A stretch of 43,115 bases of DNA, from the NCBI GenBank assembly GCA_046861645.1, contig JBHHUM010000012.1:1-43115 (forward strand), in the 5' to 3' direction. Below the pieces are notes generated by a model. That model saw nothing but the letters and a program-made list of their open reading frames with translations, was not told the origin of the DNA and searched no databases. Source of the DNA: Fidelibacterota bacterium. Its GTDB lineage: Bacteria > Fidelibacterota > Marinisomatia > Marinisomatales > UBA2128. Shown here in pieces: positions 28,460-40,197 of the stretch; the stretch's first letter is position 1; each line of letters starts with the position of its first letter. The position numbers and the translations under genes were made by a program.

Positions 28460-29065
28460 GTGATGAACAAATTATTGGCTCTTTTAGCTCTTTCGGTCGT
28501 GCTTTATGGTCAGGAGTATGTAGGGAGTCACAAGTGTAAGATATGCCACCGGAAAGCCTCCAGTGGAGCTCAATATTCTGTATGGGAAGAGACCAATCAT
28601 GCTCACGCCTATGAGACGCTGAGGACCGATAAAGCCATAAAGATAGCGAAGGGACAGGGAGTGGAGGGGAATCCCTGGGAAGCGGCGGAATGTGTACGAT
28701 GTCACACAACGGGTTTTGGTAAGGGGGGCTATGAAATCAGGGGAGCCTCTTTCTGGGAGGAGTTAGACAGTCGGGGTAAGCCCACAAAGGGTGTTAAGCG
28801 GATGAGGGGTTTGCAGGGGGTAGGGTGTGAATCGTGTCACGGTCCGGGCAGCCAGTACAAGTCGAAGAAGAAGATGGAAGCTATATTCCGGGGAGAGCTG
28901 GATGGAGAGGAATTGGGAATGCAAGTTCCCACGGAGGAGGTGTGCCGGCAGTGTCATAATTCAGAGGCGACAGGGAAAGGAGAATTCGTTTTTAAAGAGA
29001 GTTATCAGAAAATAGCTCATCCTTACCCGGAGGAATATCGAGCAACTGGTGCAGAAGGAGAATAG
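28460..29065 (+). CDS. Periplasmic tetraheme cytochrome c (c554-like family)
   Basis: Signal peptide; four CxxCH (CKICH, CVRCH, CESCH, CRQCH); YVGS..C and GVGCESCHGPG motifs. Confidence 0.9.
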   Translation: MMNKLLALLALSVVLYGQEYVGSHKCKICHRKASSGAQYSVWEETNHAHAYETLRTDKAIKIAKGQGVEGNPWEAAECVRCHTTGFGKGGYEIRGASFWEELDSRGKPTKGVKRMRGLQGVGCESCHGPGSQYKSKKKMEAIFRGELDGEELGMQVPTEEVCRQCHNSEATGKGEFVFKESYQKIAHPYPEEYRATGAEGE

Positions 29066-29164
29066 AGAGCAAAACCAGCCATAATTCTCTCCTGAGAATA
29101 GTAACATTTAAAGTTCCAACTTTTCAGATTTGATTAATTGAATAGAGTATGAATAAGTTTACTG

Positions 29165-31590
<2,426 letters not shown>

Positions 31591-31619
31591 TACGGAAAAA
31601 CGAATACATCCAATGCTGT

Positions 31620-33095
31620 TCAGGAAAGAAGCTCCTCTAAAGTGTTAAGAACAGTAAAACGCTGATTGTTATTAAGGCGAAAAGTCTTATGGACATAATT
31701 CCCCTCCACGATAGCATATTGGGAGCGGTAGAATTCCTTATTGGCAATGATATGCTGTAGGGCTTGGATGAGTTTTTCGATGTCTTCTTCAGTCGTATAG
31801 AGGGCAAAACTAGCCCGCACCATCCCGCGCTTAAGATGGTAGACTTCTTCGAATTTCTCCAGAGGGATATCTTCGGTAGCTTCCAGGAGATCATCCATAA
31901 TCATTTCCTTGACATAGGGGTGAGCACAGAAACATTCATTTCGGACGGCAATCCCGAAATAATCGTTCAAAATAGCAGCCACTAACCCGTGATCCATTCC
32001 TTTAATGTTGAAGGAGATGGAAGCCAGCCGCCGACAGATATCTGGATCAGTTTCACCGTAGATGTGAATATCAGGATTATTTATCATTCCCTCTAACGCT
32101 AACTGGATTAGCCGTTCTTCTTCCTCCTGTAGGAATTGTATACCGATGCGGTCCAGGACATCTATGGCTGCTGCCAGAGCGATAGCTCCCGGAATATTGG
32201 GGGTGCCCGCCTCTTCCCGGTCGGGGAAGAAATCTTTAGGCTCATAGCGGTCCATGTAAACATCCTGAACCATCCCGCCGCCCACTTCTTCCGGCTCGAT
32301 CTGGCTCAAGAGGTCCTTCCGGGTAATGACTACACCCGGGGAACCGGGGACATAGGTTTTGTGACCGGAGAAAACAAGGGCATCGATATTCTGTGCTGGA
32401 TTTTCTGGTACCATCATTTGAACCGGCATGTGGGCCAGCATTTGCGCGCCATCCACCAACATGAGGGCTCCGTATTTATGGGCTAACTCAGCTGCTTCGT
32501 TGATAGGATTGATGATCCCGGTGACATTACTGACACCCGTTAGGGCAACATAATTCACTTGCCCCTCATTTTCTTGCAATAGCTGCTCCAATGATTCTAG
32601 AGAGATGCAACCCATGTTGCCGTTGATCTCGGTGACAGGAGTGTGTAAAACTTCTGCCATATGTTTGCGGTGCGGTAGGTCATTGGAGTGATGTTCCATG
32701 ATGGAAATGATGGCGATATTTTTATCAGGACGAATATCACGAAATACACGTGCCAGCCGATTAATACCTGCTGTAGTTCCACTACCGGTAAAAAAGGAGG
32801 TATAAATATCTGCGTCTGCGCGTATGAAATCGAGGATCCTGTGATGGGCCCAGTGGTACTCTCGCGTAGCGATCTTGGCGTCGAAGTGGAGCAAGCTGTG
32901 TGTGTTGCCGTAGTGGTGGTAAAAACGTTCCAGCACTTCATAAGCTGTTTCCATCATCAGTGTAGTAGCGGTAGAATCGAGATAGATCCGCCGTTGGGTC
33001 TCGTTATTGGCTAGCGTGTATTCAGTGTCGAGGCCAATAAACCGGTGACGAATCTTATCATAGAGAAAGTCTGTATCTTTATTTGAGGAGTTCAT
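31620..33095 (-). CDS. PLP-dependent class V aminotransferase (cysteine desulfurase-like)
   Basis: YLDSTAT, EHHSN, DGAQ, FSGHK, EAGTP, RNECFCAHPY; start ATG 33095 by promoter geometry. Confidence 0.88.
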   Translation of the reverse strand: MNSSNKDTDFLYDKIRHRFIGLDTEYTLANNETQRRIYLDSTATTLMMETAYEVLERFYHHYGNTHSLLHFDAKIATREYHWAHHRILDFIRADADIYTSFFTGSGTTAGINRLARVFRDIRPDKNIAIISIMEHHSNDLPHRKHMAEVLHTPVTEINGNMGCISLESLEQLLQENEGQVNYVALTGVSNVTGIINPINEAAELAHKYGALMLVDGAQMLAHMPVQMMVPENPAQNIDALVFSGHKTYVPGSPGVVITRKDLLSQIEPEEVGGGMVQDVYMDRYEPKDFFPDREEAGTPNIPGAIALAAAIDVLDRIGIQFLQEEEERLIQLALEGMINNPDIHIYGETDPDICRRLASISFNIKGMDHGLVAAILNDYFGIAVRNECFCAHPYVKEMIMDDLLEATEDIPLEKFEEVYHLKRGMVRASFALYTTEEDIEKLIQALQHIIANKEFYRSQYAIVEGNYVHKTFRLNNNQRFTVLNTLEELLS

Positions 33096-33102
33096 AGGAG
33101 GG

Positions 33103-33131
33103 AATTTAAAGGGATGCGGAGTGAGTGGCAA
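33103..33131 (-). promoter_or_regulatory. Sigma70-like promoter for a leaderless transcript
   Basis: TTGCCA-17-TAAATT-7-ATG(33095); no SD between -10 and ATG. Confidence 0.65.
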
Positions 33132-33140
33132 TCGAAAGGG

Positions 33141-33584
33141 TTAGGGTCTCTGGAAAAGAAGACAACTATTAATCCATTCTTTCTGACTCATTTTGCCATG
33201 CACAAAGTAATCCACTGAGCATTTGGTGTTACTCTTACAGATGACAGGAGGTATCCCTCGACCAGAGCCGTGTAATACAACCACTAACCGTTTTGGCTGT
33301 CGCTGACCATAACTGGTTAGGGTAATCATGGCTTGGAAGCAGTAAATCAGTGCTGCATTTTCCAAATTCCTGCTGGATCGTACTTCCACTTGAAATGTTT
33401 TACCTTCCTGGGGATGAAGATAAAAGTTGGCAGCCAGAAACTTAGGAGCTTCTCGTTCCTGATTGAAATAGTGAGGTGTCATAGCAATGATTTGAGCATC
33501 AGAAAATTTAGGTCGTTCATCTGCACTGGCCAGAACCTGTATCAGGAATATTAAAAAGGTAAGTTTAACGGGTAAGGTAGGCAT
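33141..33584 (-). CDS. Hypothetical secreted protein
   Basis: Signal peptide ending VLASA; overlaps the PAP2 gene end. Confidence 0.65.
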   Translation of the reverse strand: MPTLPVKLTFLIFLIQVLASADERPKFSDAQIIAMTPHYFNQEREAPKFLAANFYLHPQEGKTFQVEVRSSRNLENAALIYCFQAMITLTSYGQRQPKRLVVVLHGSGRGIPPVICKSNTKCSVDYFVHGKMSQKEWINSCLLFQRP

Positions 33585-34416
33585 AGAGATTTTTTAATCC
33601 AAACAGAGCCAGGATTCCGGTTAATGTACCTGTGATAGTATCAATTGTATAATGGAAAGTACAGGCAAAGGTGGCAATCAGAATCAGTATCACTACCATA
33701 GCAAAGAACCATTTCAGTTTTGGGAACCAAAAGGCAGAGTACCAGCCAGCGATGACAGCAGCTGCGGCGTGAGTGCTGGGGAAGGCGGCACCGCCCTGAT
33801 TTACCGCCGTGGAATAGATATAATTCATAATGGGGATAAACAGTACTCCAGAGGGTATAGTTTCACTCCTTAAGTTTATGGGACCTGTTGCCGGAAAAAG
33901 AATACAAATCCAGTAGTGAATAAACATGCTGGTGCAACCTACGAAGAGGTACTCTCCTATTTTTTTGCATTTCATTTTCCAGGCGATAAGAAGTGGAACA
34001 AATACCAACAGGTAATAGCTGAAGTAAGATGCATGCAGGATTTCCAAGCTCCACAGGTTCAGAGATTTAGGGAGGGAAGTGTAAAGTTCACCCGGGAAAA
34101 TGGATAGTTCCCACCTTTGCAGCAATGGGTCCAAGTCCTGAGGGATGACAGTATGACGGAGAAGTCCCACCTCTGGGTAGTACCACACCAGTAACACAAT
34201 GGGATACAGTGTCTTAAGCCAGGTTTTCAGTGAAGGGGAGTTATTATTAGTTATTAGCCAGGCAATTCCTGCAAAGATGGCAGCATGGATTATCAGTAGA
34301 AATGACCAATCAGGTAGTTTCCCAGCTGAAATAAGGATATGCACGGTGATGGTAAGATTATAAACGAGGACAGCTACGTCTACTGGTCGCAGCCTGTTCC
34401 ATCTAGTTACAGCCAT
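33565..34416 (-). CDS. PAP2-superfamily membrane protein (AUR1/inositol-phosphorylceramide-synthase-like)
   Basis: Multi-TM; YFSYY, FPATGP, AFPSTH, HYTID motifs; start at ATG 34416 overlapping the upstream stop. Confidence 0.8.
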   Translation of the reverse strand: MAVTRWNRLRPVDVAVLVYNLTITVHILISAGKLPDWSFLLIIHAAIFAGIAWLITNNNSPSLKTWLKTLYPIVLLVWYYPEVGLLRHTVIPQDLDPLLQRWELSIFPGELYTSLPKSLNLWSLEILHASYFSYYLLVFVPLLIAWKMKCKKIGEYLFVGCTSMFIHYWICILFPATGPINLRSETIPSGVLFIPIMNYIYSTAVNQGGAAFPSTHAAAAVIAGWYSAFWFPKLKWFFAMVVILILIATFACTFHYTIDTITGTLTGILALFGLKNLYAYLTR

Positions 34417-35390
34417 TCCAACTCCCGGTACCACTCTGCTGTTTCTCGAAAGCCATTTTCGATGTTCACTTCTGGAGAGAAACCTAATTCTTCCCGAATT
34501 TTCTTACCATCGCAGATCCAGGCTTGTTGAGCTAATTCGCTATATTTGTGCAGGTTTAGGAATGAGCGTTTACCTGTCAGTTTCTGAATCAAGTGCAGGG
34601 AGGCAACGCCGACAAATGCCAACGCCAAGGGAAGTTTTAGAGGAATGGCCCAGATATCCAAAACTTTAGCCACTTCTTTTTGAATGGCCAACCATGTACG
34701 GACAGGGACACCATCATCCACATAATAGAAACTACCACTAATGGTTGTGCCCTCTGCCATTAATATCATAGCTCTGATGAGGTCGTGGACATGAATGAGC
34801 GTAACGTAACGATCACTCCATCCAAGATTGATCTTCAGGTGTCTCTGCACTATTCTGAAAAAGGTTAGTAGCCCTTTGTCCCGGGGGCCGTAAACGATAG
34901 GAGGTCTAATAGCTACTGTATGAATCTGGGCGCTATAATTGAGGATAGATTTTTCTCCACGATACTTTGAGATGCCGTAGGCAGAAATCGGTTGACTGGG
35001 GTCATTCTCTGTCAAAGGATGATCCGGTACTGTAGGTCCACCGGCAGCGAGAGATGAAACGTAGATCACTTTCTTTACGTCAGGATTGTTATAGATGATA
35101 GCTTCCATCAAATTTTCGCTACCATGATAATTAGTATCATCAAATCCCTGGGCATTCCGAGCAATGACTGCTCCAGCCACATGGAAGATGATATCCTGAT
35201 CGGCAACAACAGTAGCCAGCGAGTCCTTATCCTGTATATCCCCGGTTAAGAGCTGAGCAGGTGAACCGTCCAGCCATCGGAGTTTACTGGTGGGTCGAAC
35301 CAGTGCCGAAACGTCATAATTTGCAGCGACGAGAGCATCCACGAGATGACTGCCGATGAAACCCGACGCACCGGTGACGAGAGCTTTCAT
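34407..35390 (-). CDS. NAD-dependent epimerase/dehydratase (extended SDR; ceramide reductase CerR-like by context)
   Basis: TGASGFIG, SSLAA, YGISK, RPPIVYGPRD. Confidence 0.85.
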   Translation of the reverse strand: MKALVTGASGFIGSHLVDALVAANYDVSALVRPTSKLRWLDGSPAQLLTGDIQDKDSLATVVADQDIIFHVAGAVIARNAQGFDDTNYHGSENLMEAIIYNNPDVKKVIYVSSLAAGGPTVPDHPLTENDPSQPISAYGISKYRGEKSILNYSAQIHTVAIRPPIVYGPRDKGLLTFFRIVQRHLKINLGWSDRYVTLIHVHDLIRAMILMAEGTTISGSFYYVDDGVPVRTWLAIQKEVAKVLDIWAIPLKLPLALAFVGVASLHLIQKLTGKRSFLNLHKYSELAQQAWICDGKKIREELGFSPEVNIENGFRETAEWYRELEWL

Positions 35391-35399
35391 CAGGATAAA

Positions 35400-36512
35400 T
35401 CAGAGGGGTTTTTCGTAAATACGATAGGTCTTATAAAGCTCGCAACCCAGCCGCTCCAGCACACGGCGCATGGGAGTGTTAGATTCCAGGATCCACGACA
35501 TCTCTGCCCATTGGTATCCTTTGGCCATACCTGCCTCAGCGATCTTATAATACATGGCAGCATCCAGCGCCTGGTAACGGTATTCCTTCAGTACACCCAT
35601 GATTACAAACCGGAGCGATTTTATTCTTCGTTTATACCACAGGATCTTGAGGAGTCCCAAGGGAAACAGACGTCCGTTTGCGTGTTTAAGAGCAACGTTT
35701 ATATCGGGGATGCAGACGGTGACTCCTACTGGTTTGTCATTGACTTCAGCCATCAGTACCAGGTCTGGGTCAAGAATCATTTTAAGTTCCTTACCGATAC
35801 GATGAAATTCGTCCCGGGTAAGTGGTACGGCTCCCCAATTTTCTGACCAGGCCTGATTGTGAATAATATGCACGAGATCAACCTCACGTTCAAAGTCTTT
35901 CATATTAACTTTACGGATGTGGATGCCGTGGCGCTTTTCCAGCAATTCCATTGCTCTCTGTAAACGTTCTGGCATGGATTCCGGGCGGGAGATACGATAG
36001 GCATACAGGTCCTGAGCCTTCTTAAAACCATAAGATTCTACAAGTTCTTGGTAATAGGGAGGATTGTAGGTCATCATAATGACTGGTGGGAGGTCAAAGG
36101 CGTTAATAAGTAGACCGCATTCATCATTAATGGTAAAATTCATGGGACCCCGTACCGCTTTCAATCCCTGCTCAACCAACCATTCCTCCGCTCGTTGGAA
36201 AAGAGCATGAGCCACGTCTTTTTCGTTAATACATTCAAAGAAGCCGAAGAAACCTACCCCATCATGGTAAGTTTCCAGATGACGTGAGTATTTAATAGCG
36301 GCGATGCGTCCGACAATGTTGCCAGCTCTTTCGGCTGTAAATAAGCTAGCATCCGAATGCAGGAAAAAGGGATTCTTTTCTCGATTGAGGAATTCCATAC
36401 GATCAATAATCAAAGGAGGTACCCAGTTAGAGTTACCCTTGTAGATTTTCCAGGGAAATTTTACAAAAGCTTTCAGTTCGCTTTTAGTATTGACCTTTCT
36501 GATATTGACCAT
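35400..36512 (-). CDS. Tandem GNAT acyltransferase, YghO/bacterial ceramide synthase (bCerS)-like
   Basis: FVKFPWKIY..WVPPL, NPFF, VGRIAA, GFFGFFEC, RGP, YNPPYY, AWSENWG, SWILESN, YKTYRIY. Confidence 0.8.
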   Translation of the reverse strand: MVNIRKVNTKSELKAFVKFPWKIYKGNSNWVPPLIIDRMEFLNREKNPFFLHSDASLFTAERAGNIVGRIAAIKYSRHLETYHDGVGFFGFFECINEKDVAHALFQRAEEWLVEQGLKAVRGPMNFTINDECGLLINAFDLPPVIMMTYNPPYYQELVESYGFKKAQDLYAYRISRPESMPERLQRAMELLEKRHGIHIRKVNMKDFEREVDLVHIIHNQAWSENWGAVPLTRDEFHRIGKELKMILDPDLVLMAEVNDKPVGVTVCIPDINVALKHANGRLFPLGLLKILWYKRRIKSLRFVIMGVLKEYRYQALDAAMYYKIAEAGMAKGYQWAEMSWILESNTPMRRVLERLGCELYKTYRIYEKPL

Positions 36513-36559
36513 GATCTATAACAGAATATAATGCTTTGTAAGGTGGAGAGGATATAAAA

Positions 36560-36694
36560 AACCAAGCCAGTCATTGAATATCACTTCAGGTGGGGCGATA
36601 ATGGGTGGATGGTTTCCATTTTTTGACCACCAAGAGGACACCACACTTGTTTTCCCCTTGGCAGGGAGGCACCAATAACTTTGGCATGTTAGTT
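36560..36694 (-). ncRNA. Candidate structured RNA (rod with central bubble; 6S-like or 5' leader)
   Basis: Minus-strand ends pair (AACUAA/UUGGUU, GCCA/UGGC, GUUAUUG/CAAUGAC using G-U pairs); inner GGUGG/CCACC and AUGG/CCAU stems; followed by a U-tract. Confidence 0.45.
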
Positions 36695-36733
36695 AACCTT
36701 TGTACTGCTAATCTATAGAAGTTTACTTAAAGG

Positions 36734-37864
36734 TTAAAATGTCATTCGAATGGCATTTTGAATCTTCCGGATAATGAGCAGAGCATCTGCTCCGGTCACG
36801 GTTTCAGTATGACGGAATTTGCCGGTGATATCCGCAGTCATAATACCACGTTCAGAGCAGAGAGCCATGGCACTATAGGCTGGATGAGTACTGGAGACAT
36901 CGCTGAAACGGGACTGTGGTTCACCAAAATATCGTGTTTCCAGTCCAGGATCACTTGATAATACGCCCAGCAACCGGGCTACCGCCATGGCAAAGTCGAG
37001 CCGCTTCACGGTTTCTTCGGGATGGAAGTTACCATCACTGCGCGGTTCCATAACTCCCAGGTTGAGGGCATCACTGATCCAACCCTCTGCCCAATGACCT
37101 TGAACATCAGGAGGGAGAGGTTGATTTTTCTGTGAAGCGGCAGCCACTGGGGAGACAAATTGAGTTCCACCTGAAGAAGCCGAGCGGTTGAAAATTTCTG
37201 TCAATTTCAGTTCCTCAATAAAGAGCGCCGCCAGATCGGCACGAGTGATTTCCAGGACGAGGGCAACTTTATTCCCAGCTGCGGTTCCCGGTTTAGCACG
37301 GTTGATCTTGTCAGCCAGGGCCCACATCTGGTCTGCTTTAAGAGAATAATCACTTTTGAGATCGATAACGTGGCGAAACTGCGCTTCCGCACGGGTAAAG
37401 TCGTAGTTATAAAAATGGGCTTCACCCAGGTAATACTGGGCTCCTTCGTTACGTTTGTCAATATCCAGAGCCCGTTCTAATTCCTTCACCGCTTTTTTAA
37501 ACCACTTTCTATTTTCTTCGCGACGAGCGATCCAGAGACGACCGGCCAAGATATGAACATCTGCATTTTTCTTGCCTAAATTGAGGGCTTTGTCCATATA
37601 TTTCTGACCCAGTTTCAATTCTCCATTGAGCCCGGTGGCGAGACCCAGTCCTGCCCAGCCGAGGGCGAACTTTTTGTCTAAGGCAACGCTACGCTCGAAC
37701 TCTGTGAGAGACGAATTGTAGTTCTGGTCCTCGAGATAACGCATCCCTGCCCGGTAATGAGATTCGGGAGTATCCACATGTGATTGGGATTTAACTTTAG
37801 GCCCGCAATTGATAAATAAAAGAGCTAGAAAAATGATCCCTGTGACAGGTAGATATTTTTTCAT
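36734..37864 (-). CDS. Lipoprotein with TPR repeats and C-terminal S-layer homology (SLH) domains
   Basis: Lipobox LFINC; TPR helices; DVQGHWA..GVM...F.PE..V.R and FSDV..HP...GIM...F....VTG SLH motifs. Confidence 0.85.
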   Translation of the reverse strand: MKKYLPVTGIIFLALLFINCGPKVKSQSHVDTPESHYRAGMRYLEDQNYNSSLTEFERSVALDKKFALGWAGLGLATGLNGELKLGQKYMDKALNLGKKNADVHILAGRLWIARREENRKWFKKAVKELERALDIDKRNEGAQYYLGEAHFYNYDFTRAEAQFRHVIDLKSDYSLKADQMWALADKINRAKPGTAAGNKVALVLEITRADLAALFIEELKLTEIFNRSASSGGTQFVSPVAAASQKNQPLPPDVQGHWAEGWISDALNLGVMEPRSDGNFHPEETVKRLDFAMAVARLLGVLSSDPGLETRYFGEPQSRFSDVSSTHPAYSAMALCSERGIMTADITGKFRHTETVTGADALLIIRKIQNAIRMTF

Positions 37865-38040
37865 CTTGTAATCCTTTTATTTGACGTGTACAGGAATATA
37901 AAGGCTTAAAGGGTGAAAAAAAATACCTTTGAAGCAAAAAAATGATTGTCGTCACAAAATTGGGATTCCTGTTGAATTTCACCGACGATGGAGATATATT
38001 GACAATGATTTATACTACCTTGATTAATCTGGGGGATTAA

Positions 38041-39153
38041 GTGATGACAATGGCGAGGTTTTTTCTATCACTGGTATTATCTACAATTTGCCTGTCAGCG
38101 CAGAGCAGCACCATTACCGTGGAGGGTATGGGAATGTCTGCAGATGCCGCTATTGAAAATGCCAAGCGCAATGCAGTGGAAATGGGTATCGGTACGGTTA
38201 TGTCATCGGAAACCATTGTGAAAAATTCAGTTGTCTTTTCTGATAATATCTTTGCCAAAGCAACAGGATTTGTAAAAACGTTTACTGTTAAGGATAAATA
38301 TCAGGATTCTGACGGTTTGTGGGTAGTAACGATAGATGCGGAGGTGACCGAGATTCTCGATCAAATTCTGCAGGATGAGGTGGCGGTACAGACTCTTTTA
38401 GATGCCATGAACCGTCCTAAGCTTGTCTTTCTTATCCGAGAGGACAACCTGATTGACAACACCCCTACCGATTTTGCTGAGACGAAACTATTGAGCATGT
38501 TTTATGAAAAGGGTTTTGATGTTGTGGACAGACAATTAGTAGCTGCTCTGAAGGGTGACCCTGAGTATGAGGATGCTTTACAGGGAAACGTCGCTGCGGC
38601 TGCACAGATTGCTAACCAGTTAGGTGCAGATTTAGTAGTGATTGGTACAGCAAAAATCTCATCTGGCGGGAAAATTTACAACATGACCTCAGGGCAAGCT
38701 GACATTAATGCCAAAATTGTTCGGGGTGATACCGGAGAAATTCTGGCCATCGTTCCTCAGGCTCGGGGCAAGAAGCCTCATATTTCACCTTCTACGGCGG
38801 GGATCAATGCTGTCAGTGAGGCGGCAGAGAAATTGGGGAATGATATTATCGGACAGCTCATCAGGAAATGGAGCACACAACAAGCCAATGCCATTAATAT
38901 TTTTCTGGTATTGAAGAACGTTGATTTTATGTCGTATATGAATTATGGAGCTTACCTGAAGTCACAGAAGATCCCCGGTATACGAAATGCCTTTGACAAG
39001 GGACTTAACGAGGGCGTGGCAGAGTTTCAGATTCTTTACGAGGGGAAATCACAGAATTTGGCCATGCAGCTTATGCAGATGCAGTCTGATCTGGTGCAGA
39101 TCAAGATTACAGGACTTTCCGGCAATCGCATTTCTGCAGAAGTAGTGCAATAA
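38041..39153 (+). CDS. Secreted protein, FlgT-N/LPP20-like plus CsgG-like domain
   Basis: Signal peptide; AIENAKRNAVE; GFDVVDR and GADLVVIG motifs. Confidence 0.65.
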   Translation: MMTMARFFLSLVLSTICLSAQSSTITVEGMGMSADAAIENAKRNAVEMGIGTVMSSETIVKNSVVFSDNIFAKATGFVKTFTVKDKYQDSDGLWVVTIDAEVTEILDQILQDEVAVQTLLDAMNRPKLVFLIREDNLIDNTPTDFAETKLLSMFYEKGFDVVDRQLVAALKGDPEYEDALQGNVAAAAQIANQLGADLVVIGTAKISSGGKIYNMTSGQADINAKIVRGDTGEILAIVPQARGKKPHISPSTAGINAVSEAAEKLGNDIIGQLIRKWSTQQANAINIFLVLKNVDFMSYMNYGAYLKSQKIPGIRNAFDKGLNEGVAEFQILYEGKSQNLAMQLMQMQSDLVQIKITGLSGNRISAEVVQ

Positions 39154-39171
39154 TTTTAGGAGGATATCACT

Positions 39172-40047
39172 ATGAGATTCTTGCTTGCTTTAATTATGGT
39201 TCTTCACTCTTTCCTCTCTGCTCAATGGGGCTGGGGAGCCAACGATGCCGTTGAGGAAGTGGATAACGGTGCAATGAATTACACTAATGGTTGGGTCACA
39301 GCCACGGGAATTGGAGGGATAAGTCCTCTTGCTCAAAATCCCGGGATGGCAAGGGGCATGGCTGTTCGTGCAGCTAAGGTAGACGCCATGCGTAATCTTT
39401 TGGAGACGGTCTTGGCTGTGACGGTTACATCGGAAACAGCAGTTCGGGGAGCAGCAGTAGAGAATGATGTCATCAAGACTAAAGTAGAGGGGATGGTGAA
39501 GGGAGCCCGGATTAGAGATATAAACGGAGATGGGCGGCATGACACCAATGACTTTAGGTATCTGAGCGACACCTCCATTGAAATTGAGATGGAAGTACAC
39601 ATGTCGGGGATCTCCGAAATTGTGCTTCCGCCAACGGGTTATGCGGAAGCTTCAGTAACTGCTGAGGGTGCACCGCCATCTGCAGAAGTATCTACCCCAG
39701 CCTCCGGATCGACCACCGGTTTGATTGTTGACGCCCGCGGTATTGGCGCTCGTCCGGCGATGTCACCTAAAATTCTCGACCAGAATGGGGGTGTCGTGTA
39801 CGGACCCAGCAGTTTTACCAGAGATTATGCCATTAAATATGGTGTAGCTGGTTATTCCCGGGACATAGAGGCAGCGAAGAGTGATCCAAGAGTGGTGGGC
39901 AATCCCTTAATTGTCAGGGGTGTTGGTGTACAGGGGACAAACGGTACGGATATCGTTGTGGCTAACAGTGATGCAGTTGGCATACAACGGGCTGAAACAG
40001 TGGGGAAAATTCTTTCCAACTGCAAGGTGATGATTATTCTGGATTGA
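39172..40047 (+). CDS. Secreted LPP20-like protein
   Basis: AGGAGG SD; signal peptide; AVRAAKVDAMRNLLE, TGLIVDARG..PAMSPKI. Confidence 0.7.
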   Translation: MRFLLALIMVLHSFLSAQWGWGANDAVEEVDNGAMNYTNGWVTATGIGGISPLAQNPGMARGMAVRAAKVDAMRNLLETVLAVTVTSETAVRGAAVENDVIKTKVEGMVKGARIRDINGDGRHDTNDFRYLSDTSIEIEMEVHMSGISEIVLPPTGYAEASVTAEGAPPSAEVSTPASGSTTGLIVDARGIGARPAMSPKILDQNGGVVYGPSSFTRDYAIKYGVAGYSRDIEAAKSDPRVVGNPLIVRGVGVQGTNGTDIVVANSDAVGIQRAETVGKILSNCKVMIILD

Positions 40048-40197
40048 TTTCAACTAATTGTTTCCAAAGTTAACCACTTGATTCTATGGAAAGGGTAGAA
40101 ATAATAGGGGTCATTAAAACAAAAGCTTATCCAGCTGAGACTCTATGTGGTTACCTTAAAGTGTGAGATACATATTGATAATTAGACAGGAGGTGGA

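Noticed and set aside
28460..29065. Ammonia-oxidation marker (cycA)
   Set aside because: c554-like folds are widespread; no hao, cycB or amo genes are adjacent.
31620..33095. Serine palmitoyltransferase completing the ceramide operon
   Set aside because: Motifs (EHHSN, DGAQ, SGHK, CFCAHP) are class V/SufS-like, not the alpha-oxoamine synthase type; it also has its own promoter.
36586..36687. 33-codon minus-strand ORF (MPKLLVPP...HYRPT) in the intergenic region
   Set aside because: No recognisable features and weak SD; the end-to-end base pairing is better explained by an RNA structure, though a leader peptide is not excluded.
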